From positions 96,001 to 160,000 of the forward strand of contig CAWFQB010000011.1 in the NCBI GenBank assembly GCA_963817895.1: a stretch of DNA of 64,000 nt, written 5' to 3'. This DNA comes from an uncultured Chthonomonadaceae bacterium. GTDB lineage: Bacteria > Armatimonadota > Chthonomonadetes > Chthonomonadales > Chthonomonadaceae. Below are positions 62,721-64,000 of this stretch, piece by piece. The position numbers and the translations under genes are program-made. Below the pieces are notes generated by a model that was not told the DNA's origin, ran no database searches, and was given only the letters and a program-made list of their open reading frames with translations. Position 1 is the first letter of the stretch; each line of letters starts with the position of its first letter.

Positions 62721-64000
62721 ATGCCATTGCGTTTTGGTTCGGACCCTGTATTTTCAACAACTGCCGCTTCCGCAGCTGCCTGCCGTCGCGTGGCACGGCG
62801 CGTTTTTTGTACATCACAGTCTGGCTCTGGTCAATCGCGAACTGACATTGGCCTTGCTGGACACGCCCGCGTTTGCCGAACAATTTGATTTGCGCATTGA
62901 ACATTACGAGACGCCGCTGCCCGCGTTGCGCGGGAAGCGCGTTTCGCGCCGCTTGCAAGTCGTATGGGCGCGTCCTGATGCTCCCGCCGTAACGGTACGG
63001 CATCGCTGGCCCCCGGAATTCAGCCGCACCGGAAAGCGGCAAACTGGTTCTGATTCAGCCCTGGGAGTTCGGTTCGCTGCCGCGCCACTGGGTCAGCGCG
63101 ATAGAGCGCGGCGTGGATGAGGTCTGGGTTCCGTCCCAATTCGTGCGCGACACCTACATCACCAGCGGCGTTCCCGGCGAAAAAGTCGTCGTCGTGCCCA
63201 ACGGCGTCAATACCGATGTGTTTCATCCGGGTAAGGGAAGAGAAGAGATACGAGGAGGAGAGGAATACTCTCCACTCTCCACTCTCCACTCTCCACTGTA
63301 CAAATTCCTTTTCGTCGGCGGCACGATTGCGCGAAAGGGAATTGACGTGCTGCTGGACGCTTATGACCGGGCGTTTACCGCGCAGGATGCCGTTGTGCTG
63401 ATCATCAAGGATTTCGGCAGCGGACAGTTTTTATGCCAATCAGGGCGCGGGCGCGTTGATTAAGGCGCTTCAGGCCAAGCCCAACGGGGCGCGTATCGTA
63501 TATCTCAACGAGGACATGAGCGAGGCGGAACTGGCCGGATTGTACGCCGCGTGTGATTGTCTGGTACACCCGTATCGCGGCGAGGGTTACGGCCTGCCGA
63601 TAGCGGAAGCGATGGCGTGTGGCAAGCCGACCATTGTTACCGAATTTCGGCGCGGCTCTGGATTTTGCCAACGCTTCCAACAGCTACCTGATACCCGCCG
63701 AAATGCAGCAGCTGCCGGAGAAAAAAGTCGGCAACATGCCGACCGTAGACTATCCGTTCTGGGCCGCGCCGAACCGCCCCGCCCTGAGCGAACTGTTGCG
63801 TCACGTCGTCGCCCACCCGGACGAAGCGCAGGCCAAAGGCGCGCAGGCCGCAAAAGACATTGCCGCAAAGCATACGTGGCGACCATGCCGCGCAAATCGC
63901 CTGCCAACGTTTGGCAACGCTGACGGCAGGAACCAACCAACCCGCAGGAGCGCAATTTATTGCGCCCTCCACAAACGTTGCGCTCGCATCTAACAACAAT
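62721..64000 (+). CDS. GT4 glycosyltransferase (frameshifted, runs off window)
   Basis: 'PWEFG', 'DEVWVPS', 'VVPNGV', 'RKGIDVLL', 'PYRGEGYGLPIAEAMACG'. Confidence 0.85.

Noticed and set aside
1..64000. Mass pseudogenisation or programmed frameshifting suggested by many split genes
   Set aside because: Breaks affect essential genes (e.g. hisS) at scattered positions with otherwise intact motifs, typical of long-read indel errors.

Overview
GC-rich bacterial chromosomal window. The DUF1559/H-X9-DG prepilin-like gene, sugar-degradation genes and repeat families suggest Armatimonadota, but this is inference. Many genes are split by single-base frameshifts, most likely uncorrected long-read indels. 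Housekeeping and metabolic genes include ftcD, galK, a PfkB kinase, a GH106 rhamnosidase, hflX, prolyl oligopeptidase, an M16 peptidase, dapB, larC, mqnB/mqnD, hisS and prs. Signalling genes include GGDEF, EAL, HK/LuxR and cyclase-STAND-TPR proteins, and a TPR-glycosyltransferase cluster lies at the right end. Most notable: (1) an exported LolA-like/TlpA fusion with an in-frame UGA in a UxxC motif followed by a SECIS-like hairpin, a probable selenoprotein missed by the ORF track; (2) modular 7-8-nt tandem-repeat cassettes with the same block order inserted in the coding strand of several unrelated genes, plus a REP palindrome read in frame; (3) a TnpB-only IS200/IS605 element inserted exactly at the hflX start codon, separating it from its promoter, with a predicted guide matching that promoter; (4) a DUF488-DUF488-dual-OB operon and a Septu-like ATPase+HNH pair in a small defence-like neighbourhood; (5) a Uma2 nuclease gene flanked by a duplicated 5' end of its host gene; (6) degenerate IrrE-like, DprA-like and Prs proteins. 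No rRNA, tRNA or CRISPR array was recognised.
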